Below are positions 32,771 to 47,900 of a stretch of DNA of 64,000 nucleotides, piece after piece (the first letter of the stretch is position 1; each line of letters starts with the position of its first letter). This DNA is from Phoronis australis (taxonomy: Eukaryota; Animalia; Phoronida): the NCBI GenBank assembly GCA_002633005.1, contig NMRA01000150.1:264434-328433 (forward strand), given 5' to 3'. The translations under genes and the position numbers were made by a program. Below the pieces are notes generated by a model, which had not been told where the DNA came from, did not search any database, and saw nothing but the letters and a program-made list of their open reading frames with translations.

Positions 32771-35700
32771 CTGAAACAGGAAGTGGATTGGGTTTGTTAG
32801 TCATGTATGTGTCCACAATGTCTGCATCGGTAAATAATCCCAAAACAAAGATTAGAAGAGACGTGAGCTATTCAGTGAATGTCATGCACCATAACTATGC
32901 TCAAGTGTCAACAGAGAGAAAGACTCCCTTGAACACTGATGTGCTATATGTCACAGCTGTTGAAATGGCAAGCAATGAACTAATACTTTTTGTCACTATT
33001 AAGAATTCTCTAAATGTTCATTTACTTTCGTGTAGTCAACATGACGTGTGATTGGCCTACGTACGTGCATTTGCTTGGAATGGATTTACTGCTGTGGGGG
33101 CGCGAGATGGTCGGATCACGAGGGTCTCGTATTCGAAACCTCTGCACCCTTTTCTGTTTGAGGAGTACCTCTTCATAATCATCAGGTACTGTAGACAGTC
33201 GTAACCTGGTCGGAAAGAAATGGTTAATATTCAAACCAAAATACAGACATTATGCAATAACAACCAATAACCACAGTAGATGTATAACATAAACGGTGAT
33301 ATATTTACCCATAAGAACAAAAAACAGCAAAGAATGTCTTGTATATGTCATTATTCACCTATACACAGGTAAATATGATATAACGTGAATAGGAAGATGC
33401 TATGTTTAGGTTTCCAAGGAGGAACACACATCAGCGGATGATATTTTTAATGTGACAGTGTTTACGATTACAACAAGAAAACACCCCCACAAATGATGCA
33501 TTCAGTGTCACAGTGTATAGGACTGTACGAGAAAACATACTAACAGATGGTGCCTTTAGGCAATGCAGTGTTTTGGATTTCGAGAAAGTAGTTATAAAAC
33601 CTGAAGCAGGCAGACGACGAGCACACAGACTATTGTATATTAAAATTTGCTTATAATTTGGCAGTTGGCAAATCACTGCATTTCAAACTTTTGCTTAAGT
33701 ACTTCTGTGCTCTTTTACACAAGACCTTGGCTGAAACTGATGCAAGGGGTGCTTTTTAAAGTCAATGAGCTCACGTCTGAAAATGAGTCCGGTAGAATCT
33801 AGAACACACTATACTTTGTTGTTTGGCCTCATATCAGTCACTTAAGAGGTCTGCACTGGTGCTCAGCCTGGACACTGAATGGAGGAAGTATTGTAATTTT
33901 ATGCAGACAACAACATGGTTGTTAGTTTAAGGGATCTTGGCTAGTTCTGAGCCTGGACACTAGATGGAGGTAGCAATTGAGACTTCACAGGTCCAACTGT
34001 CGTGAAGTATTTCTAGAACACATACCTATATGGTTTCTCGGCTCCTTTCTGCATTTTGTCTACGACCTCTGGGGTCAACTCTTGAGTGAAGCTCGCACCA
34101 GCTGTACGTGGACGGAGACTAGTGGATGGACGAGAGTCAAGGCGAGTGTTCTGATTGGCTCTTGCAATCTGATTAAGGACATGGAACGATGTATCTCCAG
34201 GATAGTAGAGATCTACAATAACAAAAGTTTGAAAATCAACGTGACGTATCATGTTAGGAATTTTTCCGACGGTATTTCAAACTGTCAGATAACAACAAAG
34301 AAATAACACAAAATTATAAACTTTTAGTGTTAATAACAAACTTAAGGCGAGGTAACATGTGCAAGTAACTAGAGTGAAATCTCTACTTACCTCTAATTAG
34401 CTACAGACAGTTGGCTAATTATATTTTGATGTACAAATCTACTAAGACAAATTAAATTATTTAATGTATCAATTTGGGCAAAGAGAGAAATAGATTGTCA
34501 AACAGAACTACTCCACGAAATTGCTAATGATAAGATATTATTATAATATGATAATCATATGGCCAAATGTGAATGGCTGAAACCAATTTAAACATGAAAC
34601 AAAAAGTAAAACGCACAACAAAAAACAATACCCAGGAAAAAAGCAGTACCCAGGTTATTTGCAAAAGCACAAGAATACAACAAAGCTATTACACAGGCAA
34701 CTAGAAACCCACGAGAGGACACTGTACGACGACAGCCACCAGGGGGAGCTGTATATGGCCTCTTCTTGATGTCACGCGATCTTGGCTGGTCACCGCCACT
34801 CCAGTTAGTACTCCTACTTGTATCACATAAAGGACTCCACCACTTGTGTTTTATATCATGAGTTGGTGATGACAAAGACAACAGACCGTAAGCCTTCATC
34901 TCTTCGATGACACCAGGGGGTAGTATGGGGTCTGGAACCTTGACCTTGGGGGCGACCGGACTCTTGAGTGCAGCCAGTGGTAGCCCTCGTGCTTTGATAT
35001 AGCGAGGCTGAATAAATGGGGTCTCATCAAAGCCCTCCTCACATTTGGACTTTAAGTAACAATATGCTCGTTCCTGGACGCGGATTTTCCTCAACAGTTG
35101 GAGGTATGAATCATGAGAACGGAGCTCGGCCCGGATCAGTGCAAAGATGAAGCAAGAGTGAGGAATGAAGTAGACCATGTTATCTAAAGAACAGTAACAG
35201 ATATATCATAGCATACCAAAGGAACAACACCATTGACAAGGTTGGACTGTGTTTCATACTTGCAAGAAACTTGCAAAAAAAAAGATCATGCAGAATTTCT
35301 TGAGAGAAAGGTGATTGTTTCTTGAGTCTTTCCAGGGACCTTATTGGCGAACCTCAGCAGAAAGTTGGACAAGGTTAGCATCTGTGATGATGTTAACACA
35401 ATACACCTACCAGCTCTCTCATGTTGTCGCTCATGTTCCTTCATTCTCTGCTGTTTACGAAGAGACAGCAGATGTCGCCGGTGTGCTGCACTTTGAACCC
35501 TCATCTGCTTCTGCATCTTAATCAACAAATGTCTGAAAGTATTGTGAAAACAATAATATTGAGCACAGGTTGACCTAGTATATGTTGAATACAGGTTGAC
35601 CTATATTTGAATAGAGGTTGACCACTATTGAACACTGGTTGACCTATATTGCCGTCAATCAACCTGCATGCCACTAACAGCTTTACATATGCTTAGTCAG

Positions 35701-35867
35701 AACTATCCAAAAAATTAACATAAAATCAGACATTGATCACTGGTCACAGCCCTATACTTTAAAATGACTGACAACTCAAACCTGGCTTCAATACAGCCTG
35801 GTGATGTGTTGGTCAATACAGAAAGTGTAACAGATCTACAATAAGTAACAAACACATGAATAAAATT

Positions 35868-35902
<35 letters not shown>

Positions 35903-38900
35903 AAACACATGACTGGCATGACTCTAACACTAACCTTTCTATCATTCGTTCCTGCCAATTACCATCAAAGTTGACTCCTTCATTCTTCATGATGTCATGA
36001 TTGTCATTGCTACAAGTAGACACACAGTTCTACAGAGACATTTGCACACATAGGTATGACTTAGTACAAAGCGAGGGTTGTCCCAGATTTCACAGCAACA
36101 GAACTCTCTTTGTTCAGGAGGTAAGAAAGCATGAGCCTCATTTTGAAATGTAACAGCCTGAAATTCTAATAACTGACTAGCACTGACTAGAAAGACACAA
36201 TTTTTAGTCACGACTAGAACTTTAGTCATATCCCAATGCAAATGAACTGACTAAATTCTGACCCATTCAAATATATCGTAGACAAACTTAATGTGACTAA
36301 AATGAATTTTTACATGTGACTAAAATATGCCCTAAAACATGACTAAGGGGTCAGGCACATTTTCACAGGTCATGTGGGAAACGGGCCTGGTGTACAGACA
36401 TGGAAATACTCCTGATTTGAACCGTTCAAAAGTACCAAGATTCAAAAGGTATCTTCAAGAAAGGGGTTTCTATAAATTGGATCAAAATTAGCCCGATGAA
36501 CTCGTTTTATGCATTAATATTCGCTCCAAAATTTCTAGTCTTTGATTGATGACAGAAAGAAGAAGATATTTAATCTGTCAGAGTTGCAGTAATACCTTGT
36601 AGGCATCGAAAGGACAAATGGAGTAATGGAGATGAGAAAAACTTGTAAAGAGCACAACAATAACAACAACAACAACAACAACAACAACAGCAAAGAGCAT
36701 GTGGAGCTCCAATGGTGTGAAAATCATCAGGCTGCAAAAGTGCTTGGTGGATATTGTGGCATTGTGGGTAAATACAGTGAGATTCGAGGTTTGCTGTCTA
36801 ATCCTGGATGGTCCTATAAACACTGGCTTACATGATAACAATGCAATTTTTCACAAGCAAGATGCAAAACACATACCACACATACCACACATAGCTCACA
36901 TAGCACACATAGCACACATACACACACCTACTGATACAAGAATACGACTACACAGGACACTGGTGAAAAAGTGAGTTTGGGGAAGATAGCATAGATCCAC
37001 CAGTGACTCCCTTTATGTCACTTCACAGCGCCCTCAGTTGGATGACAATTGATTATGTAACTTTCATTCATAATCCACTCTCACAATGAGCTTGCATGAT
37101 GGAGACATGTCATGACATACTTGTCCAACTCAGGCGTATAATACACCAGTAATGTCCATCAGTGACCTACACTATAATTGTTAGTGTTTGGAGGATCGTC
37201 AACTATACCTGGAGTTTGAGTGAGTGTCTGTCGGAGTATACACAACATTGTCGTGTCTTCAAACAATTACTCAAGACAAAATGTACAGCCACCTCGACTA
37301 ATCCCACATTTTCTGATTTCATGACAAAAAGAAAACTTTTGAAAGGCTTGAAACTCATAACAGCACCTCAAGATAACAATCATTGCCGCAGGATTAGCTC
37401 AGAAATAAATGTCATTTTTTTGCATTTTGAGTTTAGTTTGTTTAAATAAAGTGTAGCTAATTCCTATTTGACTGTGACTGCATTCCGTACACCCAACTTG
37501 CAAGAAAACCTAGTGTGATCATGTTCAGCATGTAATGCACGTCTTACGAAGACTTACGTCTACCAAACGCAGCCCATAACTTACCCCTTTGACTGTTGAT
37601 AGCGCTTATAATTTTCCAGGGCAGTTTGGAATGCTTCCTCCAGCTCCTGTAATAGACCAATACATGTGTTACCAGTAACTAGAACACACACTATATGTGT
37701 TAGCAGTAACTAGAACACACACTATATGTGTTAGCAGTAACTAGAACACACACTATATGTGTAAGCAGTAACTAGAACACACACTATATGTGTTAGCAGT
37801 AACTAGAACACACACTATATGTGTTAGCAGTAACTAGAACACACACTATATGTGTTAGCAGTAACTAGAACACACACTATATGTGTTAGCAGTAACTAGA
37901 ACACACACTATATGTGTTAGCAGTAACTAGAACACACACTATATGTGTTAGCAGTAACTAGAACACACACTATATGTGTTAGCAGTAACTAGAACACACA
38001 CTATATGTGTTAGCAGTAACTAGAACACACACTATATGTGTTAGCAGTAACTAGAACACACACTATATGTGTTAGCAGTAACTAGAACACACACTATATG
38101 TGTTAGCAGTAACTAGAACACACACTATATGTGTTAGCAGTAACTAGAACACACACTATATGTGTTAGCAGTAACTAGAACACACACTATATGTGTTAGC
38201 AGTAACTAGAACACACACTATATGTGTTAGCAGTAACTAGAACACACACTATATGTGTTAGCAGTAACTAGAACACACACTATATGTGTTAGCAGTAACT
38301 AGAACACACACTATATGTGTGTGTTAGCAGTAAGCAGAACACATTCTTATTATTGATTTCAAAAAAGTATGAAAAATAAGCAGTATGCCATTATCAACCA
38401 GCCAATATTCGTAGTATAAGCAACTCATTTTTACGTATCAAAAAGTTGTCCGTATTACAACTTAGACAGAATTTTTGATGTCACATGATACCACTCAATT
38501 ATTTTTGGGCATAGTTCACTGATGAGCCTCATACCTTGTCTGGTCCCGCCTGTACAGTGTATGGTCGTGGGGGGAGGTCATCAGGTCCTGTAGATATGAC
38601 AATTATAAGGAATGTCACTGAGGGATATTCAAACACTACCATCAATCACACCCTAATAAATTAATTTGTCAACTTAGAATGTTCATTTAGGGCAAAACAA
38701 GCAAATAAACCATTTTTGCTATGTAACCATTATATCAAGATTCCAAGGCTTATTCCATCCAATCAATGAAAAGTATACAAATCACTGCGGTACTAGTAAG
38801 TGTTCATGTGGCTTAACCAGCTAGATATGCAGACAATGATACAGATTCATGAACATACCCACAAATGAGGGGTCTGGCCTCCTGGTGGTAGAAGCTGAAA

Positions 38901-41900
38901 ACAGTGACCTAAATGTGACAGTTTCAGCATCTGAGTCATCACTTTCGTCACTGGTAAACCATGCGCGAGACACGTGAGTCCTTCCTTTCTGCTTCAACAC
39001 GTCTGCTGCACTCTCATCGTACTGCTCAGGAATTGTGGGATGGCGATGCTTCCTGGCTGACGAGTGGGAAATTATTGAAGAAACCTCATCCAAAAGACCT
39101 GTCAATAGAGGTTAAGTTTTCAATAAACAAATGCTGAAAGTATCGTGACACAAAGGAGCCGTGTGCCAACAGGTGTGGTGATGTAAGGCAGTAAACAACA
39201 GAAGTAATACAACACAAGACATACTTTCCCATCATGGACTAAGAGAGCAGAACCCAAAATAAAAAAGAAAGAACTTTATTGATTGAACACAGCTAGTAAG
39301 ACAAAGTACTCAGCACTTTCATTTGTAATTACCAAGGCAACAACTCTAACAACAGAATACAACAAGAAAACTCCCCAAAGTAAGTCTGTTACTACATTTT
39401 GAGGTCACGGAAAGGAGAGCACCAACAGGATAATATGAAATATGTGCACAACACACCGTGACTCTCTATTGCATTGTTCATCCAGATGTGGTTTGAATGC
39501 ATGAATATGAGGAAAATAACGTGTAAGCATAGAAACAATAAAAATGCACACTAGAAGTACAGGAAACATGCATTCAGCTTAACATGCCATAGTAGATGCA
39601 TTCAGCTTAACATGCCATAGTAGATGCATTCAGCTTAACATGCCATAGTAGATGCATTCAGCTTAACATGCCATAGTAGTAACAGAATGAAGGACAAGGA
39701 CCTTGGTACAACAACTGAATCATTATTTTTGTATACAAGCAATATAAAACCATTCACAAATGTCTTCTACACACGACACATGAAAACGTGTCTACCCAGT
39801 TCTATTCTCAAAACTTAGTAAATAGAGCTTTTTTAAAACATGCAAAAGCGCTATGTAAATAACCCATAAAAACAAGATAATATCTCTATAAATTACAATG
39901 AAGCAATCTTCAAAGAACACTTATTTGAAATAGAACTTCAGAAAGTCGTTTGACAGACGTCAAAATGTTCTGAAGTACTAACTGAATACAGTTGGAGGTA
40001 CTCACAAAACCCATTCTACAATGTCCCATCAGCGGCGCTTTTGTTGGCCACAAAACCTCGTGCTCAGTTTTAGTTTACTTGGAAAAATAAATTATTATCA
40101 CATTATCTCCAATTTTACAGATTCAGCGCATATATGAATAAAAAGGCTAAGAGAATCTGGCCACTAATTAGCGTCATACCCAAATCCCTCACAGGTAAGT
40201 TCATTCACAAAAAAGTGTCTGTTGAAAACAAGATGAAGAAAGCCGCCACATTAAACACAGACTGACAGTAGAACAGTTACAGATCTGTTCACCAGACAAG
40301 AATAACTATTAGTTTCAACAGAAGATAAAGCTAAACAGTGTTAACGTTAACATCAACACAAAAGAATTTCAAACTCAAGCCGACTAGTTAGCTAAAGACA
40401 ACCGACTAGAAACTAATCACTTCATTGGTTAACACAAGCCGTCAATCATCTCGTAACCTGGTGTTTTAGGTCTTCGCTGAATTTTGATTGGACCATGGAT
40501 GCCCACTTGGTACATTGCGTCAAGTCCTTTCTCGATTAAAGAACGGTATTCTGTGAAAATGAACACAAGTCAAACAACTAACAACACAATCAGATGCCAC
40601 TTGAACAAAAAAGACTAATGAAATAATTGTGAAAGTAAATAATTCCACTCACTGTATACATAGAAGGAACAAAAATTACTAGAAAGATGACACAATAGAA
40701 ATCAGATTGATAGAGCAGTCACTGTGGTATTGGTCGTCTCATGTTCCTAGTAAAATTTTGCCAAAACTTGAAAACCAAAGTAAATATCTAAATTGAACGG
40801 TACACAGCAGAAAGAAACAGAAAATTTCAAGTGTTTGAAAATATGTTCACTAGAAAGAAACAACATTATATCATTTAACAGGTACAAAAAGACAAAACTT
40901 GATAATGCTGACAATAGTTTGAAAGTTACAAACTGTCCTTTTATTCCATTATGGACGGCTGAATACACGAGTCCACAGTACGTAGAGGTGAACATGCTTA
41001 TACTGTGTACACATGGTGGAGCAATACAAGAGTCCACAGTGTAGAGGTGAACATGCTTATACTGTGTACACATGTATGGTGGAGCAATACAAGCTGACTC
41101 CACAATAAAATGAACAAGTCTTCTAAAATGGTAAGTGGATGGTGAGCAATACTTGATAACAACACATCATATTAGAATAAGGTGGAATTGTTTGGATATA
41201 GAGTCTTCGCATTATTCATGAAGTTATCTTTTATTCCTCAGATCTCAGCTTCGCTGTTCTACCAATACTGAGGTGTTCTTTTGACAAAACGTTGGTTTTG
41301 TAAGGACTTACTCTCCCATCCACCGACATGGGAAACGCATTGGTTTGTCTACGCTATCCAAGATGGCCGGCTAAACTGTGAACTCGTGTATTGTTGCACT
41401 TGCTGTTAATTCTCCATTTCTCGAGTGACCAGCTAACTCTCGTTTTACTTGTGCGACTACAGATTTACTCTCTATACATCCATGTGACGTGACTCTCTAC
41501 TTCAATCACACAGTTCAGTCAGTGCCTAGTCTAAATGTTGTGTTCACTCTCTACATTGCTTGTGACATTACACAATCAGCCGTATCCATAGACACCTGCC
41601 TCTAGGGTATACTTCACACACATAGCTCATCATAGTATTTATCATTTCATCCAACAACACTGCATAAGAGTGTAAATAATAATCAATAAATGTTATGCTA
41701 CACCAGACACTTTGCAGACGGCATGGGCACCCAGCTTCAAAAATGACCAGATCAATTAATATATTTGTATCCCAACTATTTTAGGCATTGAACACAAAAT
41801 ATAGGCCCTTCCATACTGTTTTATCTCTGGTCTAGGCAGAGCATCGAGGTAAACTGCGACGCTAACTGAACCGTTCCGTTCATAACAGCTTTGGTAAGTA

Positions 41901-44900
41901 GCAGACATTGAGGTAAACAGTAGGAGACCTTGCTGTAATCAAACTGATCGCAAGGTGGCGCTGATGCATACCATGAATGCTAAGATTTTTTTGTAATATG
42001 ACAATTTCCACGTGCTAATTGACATAAAACTTAGTTCGAATTCAATTGGTGATTATACGAGCAAAAATATAAGCATCTATTAGTGACGACACTGCCCCTG
42101 GAAATAACTTTGATGGGACCAAAGTTGACCGATTTTACTATACTACAGCGTCGATGCTCCCCAGTTTACTGCAAAGTTAACTTGTGCTGTTAACTTTTAT
42201 CCAGGACTGAAGTTAACCATTCATACTGACCACAACTCCCCAAAACATTTGACGCATCAACATTAGTATGAAAGGGCCTTAGGACTAATATCTTTTATGG
42301 ATGAATGAAAATTTCTAAATAACATTAAATACAGCTGAAATGCAGTTTATTGCCTTGTTGAGCAAACTAACAAAAACCTTGTGGCTGACATACACATTTT
42401 TACATTACAAAAAGTACATAATTATGAAACCAATTCTTTCATCAGTTGCCAATAATATAACGAACACTAAAGGCTTTCTTAGAGAGATAGTTTTGCAAAA
42501 TAAATATAATGAAGGCATTCTATCTACCAGTACCCCATCCAACACTGTAGCAAAGTGTGTGCTTCAGAGTCTAACTTAATGCCACACTCTCTTTATAAGG
42601 CTAAGTATACCAACAATGCATTATATAAACAATAAAACCAAGCACTAATGACATACCATGAAGTCCCACATACAGAGGTGTGCAGATTTTCAAAAATCAT
42701 CACTTTTATGGCTCAAGAATTTAACTATCATAGTACGTATTATGGAAACACATGCAAAACAACAGAACCACCATAACCATCATGTAACAAGCGTGTTTGA
42801 AGTTGGGTCATATCACATGCAGGTGGTGACCTCTGACCTTAGCAGGGTTAATGGGAGACTGAGTGACCTTTGGATGGATTGAAGAATTTTCATTGCACTT
42901 AATAAATATTTCTCAGGGACAAGAAGTTTGTTAAGTGGGAGTACCTACAAGAACTTGAGAACGAATCATAGCTGCAATGTCAGATTTTTACCATGAACAT
43001 TCACACGAAGTAGTACTGACCAAACTATAATTCAAGGCTTCACCAATTTATCATACAAACAAATGGTTTCAACTTTTGACAGGTGATACAGTAACGACTG
43101 CAGTATTCTGCTGTCACATGACAACTCATTGTGGTTCAAAGTCAAGCTGTTTGAAGTTTCACAGAACTGACAAAGCAACTTTAAATAAAACAGTAAGAGG
43201 TCATGTTACACTGTTGGAAATAGCCAATCATAGCATTAGAAGGTTCATATGAAGGCATCAACGGGGAATGTCATCACTGCTGGGGGTGGTGGCTACAATA
43301 AAGGGTGTGGTCATAGGAAGTGATGTAGTGCAACTAGGAGTGTACTGAGCCAGTGAGGTTAGAGCTGGACTACAGAGGTGCACATTAATACTGCAAGTAC
43401 TGCCTGTGTGAAGACTATACCCTTGACATGACTCTGTTCATCCATGGCATCACTGTCAGAAGACTCCGCCCCTTCCTGTTGTGACCCCGCCTCCATCACC
43501 ACCACTTGTGGTGCTATTGGTTGAGGTGGTGAGGCGATGGGGCCAGATTTCAGGAAAGGGGTTCGTTTTGGTGGACTAAACTTCTTGCGGATGACAATAC
43601 GGTCAACAGCTTGTTGCAGTAGTCGTTCACCTTATCAGACACACACATAAAGCCACATTTAACAAACAAGATGAATTTACGCATAGGGGTCTTGTAACGA
43701 AATCATTGATGTAAAGATATTCGTCTCAAATTCTACACACACAGTGTCTAACAAAGCCATAAGAGGTAAGAAACAAGTAAAACAAAATTAATTATAATCT
43801 GCAAAATTTCATTTTACTAATTAAACTAAAAATTTATAAAGTCCAGCACAACCAAATCATAAATAGCACTAGAAATTGCCAAAAAGCAAAGTTGCGCTGG
43901 CATCATTACAACTCAAATAATTTCCAAAACAATAAGTAAACGAAGTTTTAAAATCAAAGTAGTCCCATCGCAAAACACTATCAGGCAATAGTTTCAACTG
44001 AAGTACATTTTTGTATTCTATTAACTTAACTGGAAAGAATGTACATGAGGACACGAGCTCACGACTGACACAAAGTGGAAACCAAGCCTCTATGTACGTA
44101 CCTTCACCTTGTTCCTGGCCCATGTCACTGTCGTCTGCTTCACCTTCCTTATCCTGACAGGGGAGACAATATCATGATTATACAAACATTCGGCTAAAGT
44201 GAAGCACCCACTTTCAAAATAGAGTATTAACCTAATGTTTGCAGCAATGATCCTGGTCACAAAATAAAGTAATGCAGTCAAAACCAATGAATGAAATTCA
44301 CTAATGAATAAGCTAATCCTGTAAAAAAGATTATGACAACATCCTGTTAAAAATCACAATGCATCCTGGCAAAAACATTTCGAAGCAACTTGAACACTAA
44401 AACAACTTTTAGGTAATCAATACAAAACATTTAGCTGAAGCCACCTATCTGCAATCAACAAACACACAGTACAAACAAGAACAACACACATTTTCCTTTT
44501 TTATAACCTTGAAACTCATAATTTTTTAAACAATTTATTTCAAATTGATATTAAATCCATTCGCATGCATTAAATAATATTACAGAACCACAGCAATACC
44601 AAAAAACATTAGCTGCACCCAGCAATGACTAGAAAAACTATAAGCCAATCAGGCTTTACCTTGCTGGCACCTGATACCAACTCCGCCCATTTCACATTGT
44701 CAAACACGAGATCGAGCAAGGAATCAACCAATGGCAAGACTGATGGCTTGTGGGCTGTGAAATGAGCGGAGCTAACTTTGACCTTGACCTTGTTCATAGA
44801 CTTCCCAACACTGTCATAGTTATCCACAGAGTGCTTGAGATTAAACACATCACAAAGTTAAAGTTAACACAACAGACACGACTAACGGAAAACATGAAGG

Positions 44901-47900
44901 TGAGGGAAATGAGACGACAATATTGTTAGTCAAAAAACGGAAATCATGTACGTTATAAATACATCTACCAAACATTAAAAAAGTTGAGGCATAAGCAAGA
45001 AATAATAAATACATTCAGGGAGTCTTTTGTAGACCAAAGAATCTCATCAAAAAGTAAAGCATGCAAGACCACATATCGAAGGTTTTGCAAAATGTCTTCA
45101 TCAGCCTAACCTTGCAAAATGATCGCCACTGAAGTAATTGGTCGGTGAAGATGGAACATTGAATTGTAGAATAAAATTCAAGGATTTGTTGTTGCAGGTG
45201 CACAGCCAGTGTCATTGGGTCTACTAAACACAGCCCTGATGAAGCATAGTATGATGACAAGGTAACTCTACCTGTGACATGCGCTCAAAGGAGTCAATGT
45301 ATCGCGCGGCAGCAGATCTAGGACGAGGTGTTGGTGTGTGCCTAACTTCAGTCTCATCAGGCAGGACTGCTGTGATTGACTTAAAGGAAGGCGGAGCTAT
45401 ATCAGGGGAAGGTGTGCTTGGGGTCAAAGGTTGTGCTAGTTTCTCTTCACGTTGTTTCATGAAGTCCAGTGAGGGAAGCTGTTAGTACAAGCAGAAATGT
45501 CAAGAGACAGGAGAAAGTACTCATTGTGTGCATAACAGGTGTCACTGCTAGAAGTCTGGACACAAGCATGCAGTTGAAAAAAAAACAAAGCACATGACAG
45601 TCTTTAACTTTCCAGTTACATACTTAGCCACTATTGTAGGTACTTGTATATCAACGCAACCGGGCCCAAACTTTAACTGAGGCTAAACTAAAAATTGCCT
45701 GATCCCATCTTGAGAAATTTGAAAGAGTAATATACTGAATGTGTTATGCGATTACTTAGTTTTCAACTACAATCGTGATAGCCTTGAACTCAGGTCGTGA
45801 AGTCCAGACGCTACACAGTTACCCTTATTGAGGTTCTCTATAAATATTCTGTAGCATAAACTTCCAAGTATTGATTAATCTACATCAAACTATCTGCAAA
45901 ACACAATCCTAGTCAACAAACTATCAATGGTGAAAACAACACAAATCCTGAACAAAATATGAAAGAACTATCAAGAAAACTGTGATACAGTGTTAACAGA
46001 ACAATAGAGCAGAAGGAAACATAACCATGCCAATAACAATAACAATAACAATAACAGTACCACATGCAGGATCTTGGACAAGCTTATTCCTGCTATCCTT
46101 ACAGGACGTCTGTGAATCTTTGGAAAAGCAATTTCCATTATGCCCTTCATTTCCAGTTGGAAGTTCTCGGCAGAGTCAGTGACACCAGTACCACCATGGA
46201 GACCACTTTTCATGGAGACTGTATTGGTGGCCAGCCGATCACTAGATGGCAGCGAATACTGTTGATCCAGTTTCTTTACACTCTTCACCATCTGCTGTGA
46301 GACTGACCGAGCTAACACTTTGTGGTCAGGTGTCTGCTGTGTCACTGAGTCACTCAGACATGTAGGAAGGTTGGGTTGCGAATCATTCAGACAACTGTGA
46401 AATGATAACCCTTCCATCACATCTGGACACTGGAAGTGATCTCCAACAGAGGGACGTTGGTCTTCCACAGCTGTATGATTCTGTCTGCCCAAAGAAAATG
46501 CTGTCGATTGAAAATGAGAGCTGTCATCTACTAATTGTTCATCTGTGGGTGATGACCTTTGACCCGTCTCTTCCCTCCTCCACCTTAACTTGTTGTTTGC
46601 TGCAGTGAAACTTGCTGGTGAAGACAGACCAATGCTTTTCCTTCTGGACTCTTCATCAAATGCTGAGTGACTTTTAATTCTGGGCCAGAAGCTGTGCTTG
46701 CTCTTTCCTTGTTGAAACTGCAACCCCAAGTCAGCAAAGGTCATAGCTGGGGAACGGTCAGGTTTAGCAGACCAGTCATCCAAGGATTGTGGGAAACTCA
46801 CTCTGACTGACACACATTTGACTTGCTTGTTAATGCTAGTATCTACTTCCAAACTCCTGTCTGGTACAGAAGAATCGGAGTCTAACAGACCATGAGCGAG
46901 CATCTCCTTGAAGATTCTCCTAATTTTTGTAGCAGCAAACCCAGACAGATCTTCATCGACCAACAGATGATTAAAGTCGTCAAAAATCTTCGAAAACATC
47001 ACTTGGTCCAATGCTCCTGGAACTATCGGACCAACAATTTCACTAGCAATAACCAGCGTCACCTTCTGCCAAAAGTCATCAGTCACACCTAAGCCAGCTT
47101 CTTGGGTGCTTTTACGGACATCATTGACGAAGTAGTTGATGATGTCTTCCTTCGTAGTTCGTTTTATATGCGAGCAGACGGCTGTCTGATCAGCAACATC
47201 CTGTACAACCCTGAACACTAGTTCTTCATCTGTACACTGGGTAAGGCAGGTAATCCGCATTTGGTGACTTATGGCTTTATCAATAATGTCAAGAAGGTGG
47301 CTTTTGGACAAGTTCAATCTTTGGCAAAAAATGTGTTCCAGAGAAACCTGATTTTCTACCATCTGCCGTATATCTTTCAAGTGGTAAGCGAGGAATCTTT
47401 GTTGGAGCCCCATGAGTTGTGTAATCTCATCAATCAACAGAGATTTACGAAGATGAGAGTCATGACTGGCCTGTGGCTTCTTTATTGGCTGCACTTTCAC
47501 CAAGCCATCCTCTGATTGGCCAGCAAGAACTACCTCCATTTTAGACGATGTCTCATCTCCTTTCAAGCACGATGCGTTGTATCCAGGATACGGAGACGCT
47601 GAAATCGATTTCTTTGGCAACTGCATTCTTAGTAAAGATGATTTGTAACTCTGTGTGCCAACTACTGCCAAGGCTTGTTGATGAGCCTGAGCACGTACAT
47701 CCAGGAATGAAGCTGACGGAAGCTTTTTAAAAATAAGATCAATAATCAGGACAAAAATTATCATAAGACTTAATTTGAATAAAATTATTCACGTGTAGGC
47801 TATGGCAGTCTACCATGTTGTAACCTTCGAGCTGGTTTTTAAAAACCCAGGAAAAGGAAAAACATACGCAGTGCTTCACTTCACCATGTTCGCCAATTAA

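Noticed and set aside
40006-40077. Extra - strand exon (ccaag acceptor, gtgagt donor)
   Set aside because: In the required phase it reads an immediate TAA; no independent support as a poison exon.
41312-41400. Internal alternative first exon (strong gtaagt donor, nearby ATGs)
   Set aside because: The nearby ATGs do not give the phase 1 needed by the next exon; a donor motif alone is insufficient.
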